Positions 48,712 through 61,116 of a stretch of 64,000 nucleotides of DNA are shown here, in pieces. The position numbers and the translations under genes were made by a program. A model generated the notes under the pieces. The model was not told the origin of the DNA. It made no database searches and worked only from the letters and a program-made list of their open reading frames with translations. Origin of the DNA: Paecilomyces variotii (taxonomy: Eukaryota); the NCBI GenBank assembly GCA_004022145.1, contig RCNU01000014.1, one strand, 5' to 3'. Position 1 is the first letter of the stretch. Every line of letters starts with the position of its first letter.

Positions 48712-51700
48712 TTTTTTTCCTCCTGTGCACAGCTAATTGCATGCAGACTTCATTCTGAACGAAGCCTTTCGTACCCATCAGCGGACGATGCGCATTGTCT
48801 TGGTCTGTGCACTGGTGCCCTAAGTGCAGCGGCTGTGAGCAGCTCCAGGTCACTCAGCGAACTGCTGCCGGCCGCGATTGAGACAGTGATACTCGCCTTT
48901 CGAACCGGTCTCCACGCCAGTGACTCTGGAAGACGGATTGAAGAGTCATCAGCGGCAGCAAAATGCTGGTCAATATCGTTGCAAGGTTTGGAAGGCCATG
49001 TAGCCAGGAAGCTGCTGGAGGAATGGTCCAATAAAAAGGTAGACCACCTTCATACACCATTACGTTGTGCGTCTCGGACAATAAAACTAAGCTTATCACC
49101 AACAGAGACTCCCTCCAATGTCAAGGCCATATATAAGCGCATATGCATCTGGCGGAGTCACCATCAGTGGTCCGCCATCAGTTCTGGCAGAGCTTCGAAA
49201 CACACCTGGGCTGTCTAAACTGCGTGCTAAAGACATTCCAATACACGCACCATATCACTCCTCAGCAATATTCAATCAATGTGACGTAGAGACAATTCTG
49301 AGTTCTGCGTTAATCGATCTGGCCTCTCGCGCGACTCATGTTCCAATTCTATCAACCGGTACCGGACGACTGGTCTGGGCAGGCACTCTTCCAGCCGCAA
49401 TACAGTCCGCCCTGCAGGATGTACTCCTTCGTCCGATAAGCTGGGAAAATATGTCATGTGGAATAAGCACCTGTCTTCAGTCCATAGATCCAAGCGAGGT
49501 GGAGGTGATCCCAATCGCCACCTTGGCCGGCCCACTGCTCTGTCGCTCAGTACAGGTCGCAAAAAGCCAGATTCCAGCTACAATCGATCCAAAGAACGAT
49601 GTCATGAACGAAGCACAAAGTCAAATTGCAGAGGCTATGGACCGAGCCAAAATTGCCATAGTGGGCATGTCCGGTCGTTTTCCAGGCGCTGAGAATGTCG
49701 ATTCTCTCTGGGAGCTTTTGATGGCCGGCCGTGATATGTGCAAAGAGGTACCACCCACCCGGTGGAACGTTGACACTCACGTTGATCCCACTGGTAAACG
49801 GAAGAATACCAGCAAGATCCGATGGGGCTGCTGGCTCGACAACCCGGATATGTTTGACGCGCGGTTTTTCAACATGTCTCCGCGAGAGGCGCCGCAGGTT
49901 GATCCGGCCCAGCGAATTGCGCTCATCACTGCGTACGAAGCTATTGAGCAAGCTGGTATCGTTCCAGGGAGAACGCCATCAACGCAGGAAGATCGAGTGG
50001 GCGTCTTCTTCGGTACGACCAGCAATGACTGGTGCGAGAGCAACAGCGGGCAAGACATCGACACGTATTACATTCCGGGCGCCAACCGTGCCTTCATCCC
50101 AGGCCGAATCAACTACGTGTTCAAGTTCAGCGGGCCCAGCTATAGCATCGACACTGCATGTAGTTCAAGCCTGTCCGCGCTTCATGTAGCATGTAATGCC
50201 CTCTGGCATGGAGATATCGACACTGCAATTGCGGGTGGCACTAATGTCCTCACGAACCCCGATATGACTGCCGGCCTGGACAGAGGCCACTTCCTTTCCG
50301 CAACTGGTAACTGCAAGACGTTTGATGACACCGCTGATGGGTACTGCCGTGGTGAAGGCGTAGCGACCGTCGTCCTCAAGCGCATGGATGACGCTATTGC
50401 AGACAAGGATCCAATCCTAGGTGTGATCCGTGGCGTATATACCAACCACTCTGCAGAAGCTGAGTCAATCACACGGCCTCATGTCGGCGCCCAAAAAGCC
50501 ATTTTCCAACATGTCTTGAATCACTCGGGTATTCGACCTCAGGATATCAGTTACATTGAGATGCACGGAACTGGAACCCAGGCAGGAGACATGCGAGAGA
50601 TGACCTCCGTGCTTGATACCTTTAGCCCGCAGTACCCAGGAGCAATCCAGCGAGAAAAGCCTTTATATCTGGGGGCCGTCAAGTCAAACATCGGACATGG
50701 AGAGTCTGTTTCGGGGGTTACAGCCCTTGTCAAAGTGATAATGATGATGCAGAACAACACTATACCTCCCCATCGCGGAGTCCACACGCGCTTAAATCGG
50801 AGGTTTCCCTCAAACCTCGATGAACGAAATGTTCATATTGCATTCCAGGCGACCGAGTGGCCCCGCGGGCAGACTCCCCGACGAGCTTTTATCAACAATT
50901 TCAGTGCCGCTGGGGGGAATAGCTCAGTTCTAGTAGAGGACCCACCACTGATACTGAAGGAAGAGGGTGCTGATCCTAGGTCATCTCATGTTATTGCAGT
51001 GTCCGCTAAATCACCTTCGGCATTGAGGAAGAACCTAGAGTCTATGCGTCGATATGCGATGTCAGAACATACAGAAAAATCTCTATGTGAGCTGTCTTAT
51101 ACCACAACAGCTCGACGCATTCACCACTCGCATCGGTTGATGTTTGCTGGGTCATCTCTAGAGGATATTCTGCGTGAGATGGAGAGCAAGTTAGCGATTA
51201 AAGAACCATTCAGTCCTTGCGCACCACTTCAATCGGTCATTTTCACCTTCACCGGCCAAGGCGCACAATACCCGGGAATGGGTCAAGTCTTTTTTAATAA
51301 CTTCTCCGTGTTCCGGTCTGATCTCTGCCGCCTTGACGATTTGGCCCAAAAGCTTGGATTTCCGACATTTCTCCCGATTTTCTCAGCAAGTACCCATGCC
51401 AGACTGGAAGGTTTCACACCCACTGTGGTCCAGCTTGCCAATACGTGCATGCAGCTTGCACTCACCAGGCTCTGGGTGTCGTGGGGTATTCGTCCGTCGG
51501 CAGTAGTCGGTCACAGCATTGGGGAGTACGCAGCGCTGAACACGGCGGGCGTCCTGTCCGACGCGGACACGGTTTATTTGGTAGGCAAAAGAGCCCAGCT
51601 GCTCGAGGAGAAGTGCAACCGAGGGTCACACACTATGCTGGCAGCGCTGGCCTCTTTCGAAAAGGTGTCACGTCTACTTGATAGCGCACCGTGTGAGGTT

Positions 51701-54700
51701 GCGTGTATCAACGGACCCGAGGAGATCGTTCTCGCTGGACCGCGTTCGCACATGACAGATATCCAAAAGATCCTCGTGGCGCATTCAATTAGATGCACCA
51801 TGCTGCAAGTCCCATTTGCATTCCATTCGTCCCAGGTGGATCCAATTCTGCAAGACTTCCAGTCTGCAATCGAAGGCGTTACCTTCCATAAACCAACTAT
51901 CCCGGTCATTAGTCCACTCCTTGGTGATTTTGTGACAGAAACTGGGACCTTCAACCCAAACTATCTGGCACGCCATTGCCGGGAACCAGTGAACATACTA
52001 CAAGCACTTCGCCAAGCCAGCACAATGAATCTTGTCCATGACAGCAGCGTAGTCATGGAGTTTGGACCACATCCTGTCGTATCAGGCATGGTGAAATCAA
52101 CGCTGGGGAACAGCATCAAGGCACTTCCCACTCTGCAACGGAACCGAAACACCTGGGAAGTACTCACGGAGAGCGTGTCAACACTATACTGTATGGGATT
52201 CGACATCAACTGGACCGAGTACCATCGAGATTTTCCATCATCGCAGCGTGTCTTGCGACTCCCATCGTACTCCTGGGATCTGAAGTCGTACTGGATTCCG
52301 TACCGGAATGATTGGACTCTGTACAAGGGCGATATTGTGCCTGAATCAAGCATCGCGCTGCCAACCCACCAAAACAAGCCACACAGTACATCGCCGAAAC
52401 AGCAAGCACCGACACCAATCCTGGAGACGACAACATTACACCGGATTGTGGACGAGAAGTCCACCGAAGGGACGTTTTCAATCACATGCGAGTCAGATGT
52501 ATCCCGACCAGACCTCAGCCCTCTGGTTCAGGGCCATAAGGTCGAAGGGATCGGACTTTGTACACCGGTATGAATCTCCACACTCATGTTCGCTGCGCAG
52601 CATAATCACTGACTCCTTCTGCAGTCCGTTTATGCCGATATAGGATTCACGCTGGGAAATTACCTTCTAGATCGTTTCCCAACTCGATTCGGACCGGATA
52701 CTAAAGTTGTGGATGTCACGGACATGGTGATTGAAAAGGCTCTTATGCCGTTGAATGCGGGACCACAATTACTGCGAGTCACGGCTTCATTAATCTGGTC
52801 CGAGAAAGAGGCTTCTGTCCGGTTCTACAGCGTGGATGTAAGACGTCCCTCTTCTAAATCTCAGATGAATACTAATATTCATAATTCCCAGGAAAATCAC
52901 ACCGAAACAGTACAACATTCCCACTGCCGCATTAAATTCAGCGACCGTTCAACGTACCAAGCCTATCAAGAGCAAATCTCCGCCGTTAAGGCTCGTATGT
53001 TTGAGATGAAGACCAACTCCTCATCGGGTAGAACCTACCGATTCAACGGACCAATGGCATACAATATGGTGCAGGCGTTGGCGGAATTCCACCCGGATTA
53101 CCGGTGTATTGACGAGACGATTCTCGACAACGAGACACTCGAAGCAGCCTGTACAGTCAGCTTCGGGAATGTCAAGAAGGAGGGTGTATTCCACACACAT
53201 CCTGGCTATATAGATGGACTCACGCAGTCGGGCGGGTTTGTGATGAACGCTAACGACAAGACTAATCTCGGAGTAGAAGTGTTCGTTAATCATGGGTGGG
53301 ACTCGTTCCAGTTGTACGAGCCTGTCACTGATGATCGTTCGTATCAGACTCATGTTCGGATGAGGCCGGCGGAGTCGAATCAGTGGAAGGGTGATGTGGT
53401 CGTTCTAAGTGGGGAGAATTTGGTCGCTTGTGTTCGAGGATTGACGGTAAGTCGAGAGACCTAAGTAACAATCTCCTGTTTAGAGGAGAAAAAAGAAAGA
53501 GAAAGCGGATTTGCTGACTACCTTCCAGATCCAAGGAGTACCCAGGCGAGTCCTGCGGTATATCCTGCAAAGCAGTGCAAAAACCACACAGACAGCCACT
53601 TCGAGCGTGCCTGCCCCGTCTCAAGCTCCGGTGATGGTGCCACAGATTGTCCAAGTACCAAAAGCTAAGCCTATCTCCCAAATTTCCGGGACCCTGACAG
53701 AGGCTCTCCGGATTATTTGTGAACAAAGTGGTGTGCCTCTAGCAGAGCTCACGGATGATGCAACTTTCGCGAACATCGGCGTAGACTCTCTCCTAGCGCT
53801 GACTATCACAAGTGCATTTGTTGAGGAGCTGGATCTAGACGTCGATTCTTCCTTGTTCATGGACTATCCTACTGTGGCGGACCTGAAGCGGTTCTTCGAC
53901 AAGATCAACACGCAGCATGCTCCGGCACCAGCCCCGGTATCAGACGCGCCAAAGCAATTACAACCAAGCAGTAGCCCAGTTGCATCTGCTACTCCGTCTG
54001 CACCCATCCATGGCAGATCGAAATTTGAATCAGTTCTTAACATCCTTACCGAGGAAAGTGGTGTTGAAATGGCAGGTCTTCCGGACTCTACTGCGCTTGC
54101 AGACATAGGTATCGATTCGCTCTTGTCCCTGGTAGTCACGAGCCGGCTGAACGATGAGTTAGAGCTAGATGTGTCGTCTGAAGACTTCAATGACTGTCTG
54201 ACTATCCGGGATCTCAAGGCACATTTCATGTCCAAGAACTCCGACAATGGTTCGTCTGCGGTTCTTACTCCTCAGCCATCTCGGGACTCCGCACTCCCTG
54301 AGCGCACGAGACCTAGGGTCGCTGATACAAGCGATGAGGAGGATGCACCGGTTTCAGCAAATGAATTCACAACCAGTGCCCGCTCTACATCTAAGTATAT
54401 GGCTGTGCTCAACATAATTTCCGAAGAAAGCGGCATGGCAATCGAAGACTTCACCGACAATGTAATGTTCGCAGATATCGGAATAGACTCGCTGCTGTCC
54501 TTGGTCATTGGAGGTAGAATACGGGAAGAGCTATCTTTCGACCTCGAGGTGGACTCTCTTTTCGTGGACTACCCAGATGTCAAGGGACTGAGGTCATTTT
54601 TCGGATTTGAGAGCAACAAGACGGCGACAAATCCAACTGCGAGTCAATCGTCTTCGTCCATTTCAAGCGGCACTTCGGTCTTCGATACATCACCTTCTCC

Positions 54701-55639
54701 CACAGACTTAGACATCCTAACTCCAGAATCCAGCCTCTCACAAGAGGAGTTCGAGCAACCGCTCACAATAGCAACAAAGCCACTTCCACCCGCAACTTCA
54801 GTCACTCTGCAGGGTTTACCCTCCAAGGCACACAAGATACTTTTCCTTTTCCCAGATGGCTCTGGCTCAGCAACATCATACGCGAAACTCCCCCGACTCG
54901 GTGCGGACGTAGCCATTATCGGCCTGAACTCACCCTACCTGATGGACGGCGCCAACATGACCTGCACCTTCGACGAGCTCGTTACACTGTACCTCACAGA
55001 AATCCAGCGACGTCAACCCGCAGGCCCATACCACTTGGGCGGCTGGTCCGCCGGTGGCATTCTCGCTTACCGCGCTGCGCAAATCCTCCAAAAAGCCGCC
55101 GCCAACCCCCAGAAACCAGTAGTAGAATCCCTGCTCCTCCTCGACTCTCCACCACCAACAGGGCTCGGCAAGCTCCCCAAACATTTCTTTGACTACTGTG
55201 ACCAAATTGGCATTTTCGGGCAAGGGACAGCCAAGGCCCCGGAGTGGCTGATCACCCATTTCCAGGGCACGAACTCCGTTCTGCACGAATACCACGCCAC
55301 GCCGTTCTCATTCGGTACAGCACCCAGAACTGGGATCATCTGGGCTTCGCAGACAGTGTTCGAGACGAGGGCCGTGGCGCCCCCACCTGTACGTCCTGAC
55401 GATACGGAGGACATGAAGTTTTTGACGGAGCGACGGACAGATTTCTCGGCCGGGTCTTGGGGACATATGTTTCCTGGTACAGAGGTATTGATTGAGACGG
55501 CCTATGGGGCGGATCATTTTAGTTTGCTGGTGAGTCTTCTCTTCCGTGATTAAGTTGCGAATACTAATAGAGGCTATAGCAGGAGGAACCCTATAAGGGT
55601 GCCGTCAGGGCGTTCATGTCTCGAGTTTTGCAGTTATAA
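48343..55639 (+). CDS. vdtA: Non-reducing iterative PKS, SAT-KS-AT-PT-ACP-ACP-ACP-TE
   Basis: SAT LFGDQT/GLCTG, KS DTACSS/HGTGT/GHGE, AT GHSIG/AFHS, PT GHKVEG, three G(V/I)DSL ACPs, TE GWSAG..DHF. Introns at 48627-48746, 49039-49105, 52568-52624, 52838-52891, 53447-53528 and 55530-55579. Confidence 0.95.
48643..48698. repeat. (CT)28 microsatellite followed by poly-T in vdtA intron 1
   Basis: Read directly. Confidence 0.95.
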
Positions 55640-56349
55640 GGGCTAGAGGAGCAGAGGTTGGTGGCAATAAAGTCGTCCTCACTGCTGGGTACATTCATTT
55701 GGATGAATTCTTCTTTTTTCGTCGTGTTTTCATTACTGTATGTATTTTGATGTTGGGTTATACCTCTAGGTCGGGATAACGCTTTTCGGCTGTGGCATGA
55801 CAACCGGAATATATATAATAGAACAATCCTATGTACATCTTTGCTGTGCTTACACGACGCACAGGTCAGATAGAGCGCCACGTAGGGAGTATTGATGTAT
55901 CAAAACTCCAACTCCGCAAGCAAGCGTCGATCTATCTAGTAGATCCTCTAGTCTGCCCCACGTCTATCCGTCGATATGCCGCGGCAAATCATCTAAAACG
56001 CAAATCAAATGGGCCAGTCCGCCATCCACGAACCAAATGAGACAGATAGAAGCGTTTACCGGACCCCGCTTCATATCGGTGTAATCCCACTTGTGGTTCA
56101 TGTGCTTGATATTATATATATAATATAACTCGCAACTCGTGCGGACTCGACCTAACTACTTGTCTATCAAATCTCTTATCTTTCGGCCTTGAATATCGGC
56201 GGAGGGATTTGCCGGTAACGTCGAGGCTGGGAATCTTATACAGTTGGCTTTTCAGACAAGTGACATTAAGTCTACTCTGCATTTCTGGCAATCTTTCCTA
56301 TACTTCCTGCGACTTTTGAACCGCTTATTATCCACCCCTTCTTACAGCT

Positions 56350-57344
56350 ATGGCTCCTCCATCTGCTACTGAATCATACACCACCAATGGTCCTGTTCCT
56401 GTGGTGATGAAAGGTGCGACCTCCTCGCAGGAAGAGGCTGCAGGAAAAGCCAAGGTTAAGATGGTCTTCCCATCGCCTCCGGTATTCGAAGACAAATATG
56501 AAGAGCGCGAGTATCTCAAAGGTCGACTGGCTGCTGCTTTCCGCATTTTTGGCAAATACGGCTTCGACGAAGGCGTGGCAGGCCACATTACGCTCCGTGA
56601 TCCTGTTGATCCTACCACGTTCTGGGTCAACCCGTTTGGTGTCGCCTTCTCCCAGATCAAGAGATCCGATCTCATCCAGGTAGACCACGACGGCAAGATC
56701 ATCGATGGCGGTCCGTGCAGGTTGCTGAATGCCGCTGCATACATGATCCATTCTGCGATTCACGCTGCGCGGCCGGAGGTCAATTGTGCTGCGCACAGTC
56801 ACAGCATCTACGGACGTGCCTTCTGTTCCCTAGGAAGGCCGCTGGACATCATCACGCAGGATTCCTGTGCTTTCTATAATGTAAGGCGCTAGGCAGTAGT
56901 AGAGAAACCCTGCCATCTCTCCTTCAAGTGACCCTGGTGCACTCTATGACTCCCAGCTTATCATGCTAATGCTGGTATGTTTCTCAGGACCATGTTGTAT
57001 ACGAGCAATTCAGAGGTATCGTTCTTGCGGAAGAGGAAGGAAAGGAAATTGCGAAGGCTCTTGGAGACAAGAAGGCCGCACTCCTTCAGAATCACGGCCT
57101 TCTGACTGTTGGTCACACCATCGAGGAGACCATTTTCTGGTTCGTTAGTCTGGAGAAGTGTTGCCACGCACAGCTCATGGCCGATGCTGCCGCAGCTGGT
57201 CGTGGAGGACAGACAGTCAAGATCAACGAGGAAGATGCCGCGTTCACGTACAAGGCCGTAGGAACGCCTCGAGCCGGTTGGTTCAGCGCGAAGCCGTTAT
57301 TCGACGTTATCCATGAGGAGACGAACGGAGCATACCTGCAGTAA
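56350..57344 (+). CDS. Class II aldolase/adducin head-domain protein, 2 exons
   Basis: EGVAGHITLRDP, IHSAIHAARP, AAHSHS and LLQNHGLLT metal ligands. Intron at about 56881-56987. Confidence 0.9.
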
Positions 57345-57843
57345 ACAGGCCAGTCTTCCATGTATGAGCAGTGTCATATATGAGATACCAAGAAGTATGG
57401 GGGATGGAGAATAACACTAGCTAGATTGTCTGTGAGATGAATTAGTTACTTGGTATTAGCACGACGATACAAAAAAGACCCTATCGATTCCCTCTCGCGT
57501 GAGGCTCAAGGCATCGCTTGAAAAAGATAATTCGGAGCCATCAGAGTCGAGACCATACTGTATTCTCATTTAGCTCGAGTAAAATAGAAATTATTGCATA
57601 GAAACGCGGTGATGAACTCGTTAATGAAAAGAGGCGATAAGCTGGCGCGATTGAGTTAGCTCAACTTCGGAGTTGGACAAGCGGATCTTTTTTTTTTCGG
57701 AGATTGTTCGCCTCCTCAACCTTTCTCTTCACCGTTCCTCTTCCCACCCCTTTCCCTTTCTTTTCCATCTCCTCCCACCTGCATTTCCAAGCCGGTGCTT
57801 TCAATTCTTCTATCCGGTCTTGTTTCAGGTAGTTTTATCCAGA

Positions 57844-59953
57844 ATGTTGGGTGCTGTTCGTCGTCAGGGCCTTGCGCAGGCTCTCAGAGCCTGCGCTCCC
57901 CGATCCATCTCCGTCAGAGCAACACCGCAGGTGCTGAGATGGCAACGACCGTCCGCGGCCACATTTCCCTTTGCTAGTCGTTCGATCTATTCGTCGCCGT
58001 CTCTGCGAAATGCTGCTTCCGGTTCTGGTGCCGCCGCGCAGGCGCAGGTGGAGGAACCATTCGAACAAACCCAGGATCGGATCACCGAGTTTGAGGATCT
58101 GGCAGCAAGGCAGTTGGTCAGCCCGAAGATCATCGACAATATTACGAAGGGGATGAATATCAAGACTATGACTGAAGTTCAGAGCTTGACAATCAATGAG
58201 ACCCTTAAGGGCGATGATGTGTACGTCCAGATTACTTTCATCTCTTCCGGATGTTTTGAGTTTTCCTTATCGAAGATGCCATGCCTGTTTATTCGAAAAT
58301 CCTTCTTGCGATTGTATATGCTAACAGTGTGCGGTTTACAGATTGGCCCAGGCCAAAACTGGTACTGGAAAGACCCTTGCCTTCCTTGTTCCCGTCATGC
58401 AGAACATCCTGAAAGACAAGTCTCTCGAGAGACGCAGTTCCGACAGACGCGGCTTTGGCAGATCGACGCCTACTGACATCCGAGCCATTATCATCTCCCC
58501 AACCCGTGAGCTTGCCGAACAAATCGCAGTCGAGGCGCGCAAACTCGTCTCAAACACCGGTGTCGTCGTACAGACCGCAGTTGGAGGAACACAGAAGAGA
58601 GAGGGCCTGCGACGCATCCAATACCAAGGCTGCCATGTTCTCATCGGCACGCCAGGCCGTCTGAACGATATCCTCTCGGACCCTTTGAGCGGCGTCAAGG
58701 CCCCTAAACTGAGCGCTTTCGTCCTGGATGAGGCTGATCGTCTTCTGGATGATGGTTTCGCCCCGGCCATCGAAGAAATTCAGAATCTTCTGCCAGACCC
58801 AATGAACGTTGACCGCCAGACGCTCATGTTTTCTGCGACTGTCCCGCGCGAAGTCATGCGTATGGTCCGTCGGACTATGAAGCCTGACTTCAAATTCGTC
58901 AAGACGATTCCGGATGACGAAGTGCCCACCCACATGTCGGTTCCGCAGAAAGCGGTCTACCTCAACGGACTGGAGAATAGCCTGCCTGCTGTGCTTGAGC
59001 TCGCGAAGAGCTACGTGGAGAAACAGAAGCAGGATCCCAACCTGCGACCATTCAAGGCAATTGTCTACTTCAACTCCACGGCGCAGGTCAGTGTGGCATA
59101 CGAATCCTTCGCCGGATTGAGGAATGACCCGAATGACCGCCGAAGTGGCCACCCTCTTGGACGGATGTTTTTCTACGAGATTCACTCTCGTCTTACGCAG
59201 AGGAGACGTACTCAGTGTGCCGATGACTTCCGCAGATCGACGTCCGCTATCTTGTTTTCGTCGGATGTCACTGCTCGAGGAATGGACTTCCCCGATGTCA
59301 CTCACGTTATCCAGGTCGGTGTCCCGCGTGACCGCGAAACATACATCCACCGTCTTGGACGTACTGCCCGTGCGAACAAGACTGGAGAAGGCTGGATCCT
59401 TATCCACGAGGCAGAAGAATCCGCTTTCCGCCAGAAGATCGGTGATCTGCCTATCAAAGAGGATACCAGTGTCTCTACTGCCGGTGTCAACATGAGCAGA
59501 GAGAACCAGCAACTGCCTGAGGCGACTGCTGAGACTCTCTCTCAGGTCGGCGCTTCGATGAAGACGATCCCGTATAAAACAAAGAGCGACTCGTACAGGG
59601 CACAGCTTGGTACACTCACTTCCGTCATCCAGAGTCGGAGACTGATGATCAAAATTCTCAACGACCTTGCTAAGTTCGGCTACGGTCTTAGCGAACCACC
59701 AGTTCTGTCCCCCATGTTGGCCCGCAAGATGAACCTGGAACTAGTTCCCGGTATCAACATTGGACATGAAGACCCAGAGGATGATGGTGACGTACGCGGT
59801 GGGTCTCGTTTTGGCCGTGATGGCAGATCCTCTCGTTTCGACTCCGGCGACCGCAAATTCGGCCGCGACGGATTCTCCCGTCACGGAGGTCGCTCTGATG
59901 GAGCACCCTGGGCAGGACGAGGCCGAACTAACCGCCGCTCGGACGACTTTTAG
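57844..59953 (+). CDS. mss116: Mitochondrial DEAD-box RNA helicase (Mss116/CYT-19-like)
   Basis: Arg-rich presequence MLGAVRRQ, Q motif MTEVQ, AKTGTGKT, PTRELA, DEAD, SAT, ARGMD, HRLGRTAR and a basic RG-rich tail. Confidence 0.9.
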
Positions 59954-61116
59954 AAATAACCGGCTGGAGGCTGAGATAAGTGGATACTAGCATGACCGCA
60001 TGAATCCCTATCATACTCTCCCCAGATGATTATCGGATAGGCAACAAAAGAGGCATATACACGGCGTTTATCGGATCTTCTCATCAAACTTCAGATATCC
60101 ACCTTCTACTTCCCTCTTGTTTTTTCTTCTTCCCATTTCAGATATCCTCTTCTACTATTCCAACGACGTCTCCTCCTCCATGGGCAAACGCTCTGAGTTT
60201 TTTCTTGAAATTTACACGCGGCCAGGATAGGGGAAATTGAGGACCGGGATTTCAATTTAATTCCATCTCAAAGCTTGATTTGATTATCACTTCTGAGAAA
60301 AAGCGAAAGGAAAGGAAGGGAAATTAATGATCGGATCGGCATCTCATCTCATGTATTTTTTCTCATGCAACTAACTAACTAACCACATGTATGTAACAAT
60401 ATCTGACCTGACCTGTACTATGTCTTTTGTTTCCTCTACTTCTTTCAAGTAAAGTTAGGGGTTTATGCTGCCTTCTCACAGGAAAAGAAGAAGGGAAACG
60501 AATGTGTTATATTTTGTGGTTAAATTAATTTGGAACTCATCTCATCTCATCTCTGAATATGATTATTTCTCTCTGTCATCTCTCTCTCTTGATTGATTGA
60601 TAAAAGCCCCTGGCTTTGTAAAATGTGATCTCATTTTATTCACATTCATATTCATACTATCCACAATATGAAACACAGGACATCCCTCGAGAACAAACAT
60701 CAACCAAACTACCAGTGCATAGCATACATACCACCTTTCAGGAGAGAAAAATAAACACACTGAATGAACAAATCAAGATTCGATAACTGGCCATAGGGGT
60801 ATTGTGGTACGGTACACGAAATGCATGATCCTCGTAGCCTTCGATGTATGTATGTATGTATGTAATGCCTTATGAGATCTGTCCGTGGGCATGAGAACAA
60901 GACAAATAGAAAAAAAGAAAGAAAAAGAAAAAGAATTAAATAGGACCTCCACTGCCCGGGTATTCAAAAGCGCCTTGATAACTCCAATTCTGCACGCTTT
61001 TTTCCAATTAATGCTCTGGTCTGATCTGGTGTGATTTTCCGTTTCTGTTTCTCGCTCTGCGCTGAGTTCCTGTAATGGGTGAGATAGTACTGGTACTTAG
61101 ACTTAGAAGGAAGAGA

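Noticed and set aside
48620-48853. ORF with an ERERER tract
   Set aside because: Antisense reading of the intronic (CT)n repeat.
14000-56000. Hypothesis that the cluster rides on a Starship or other giant transposon
   Set aside because: No DUF3435 captain or transposase ORF, and no identifiable terminal or direct repeats in the window.
58550-59512. 320-aa antisense ORF, plus many 60-200-aa ORFs overlapping the PKS, NCL1, MFS and helicase genes
   Set aside because: Shadow frames of well-supported genes, with no motifs.
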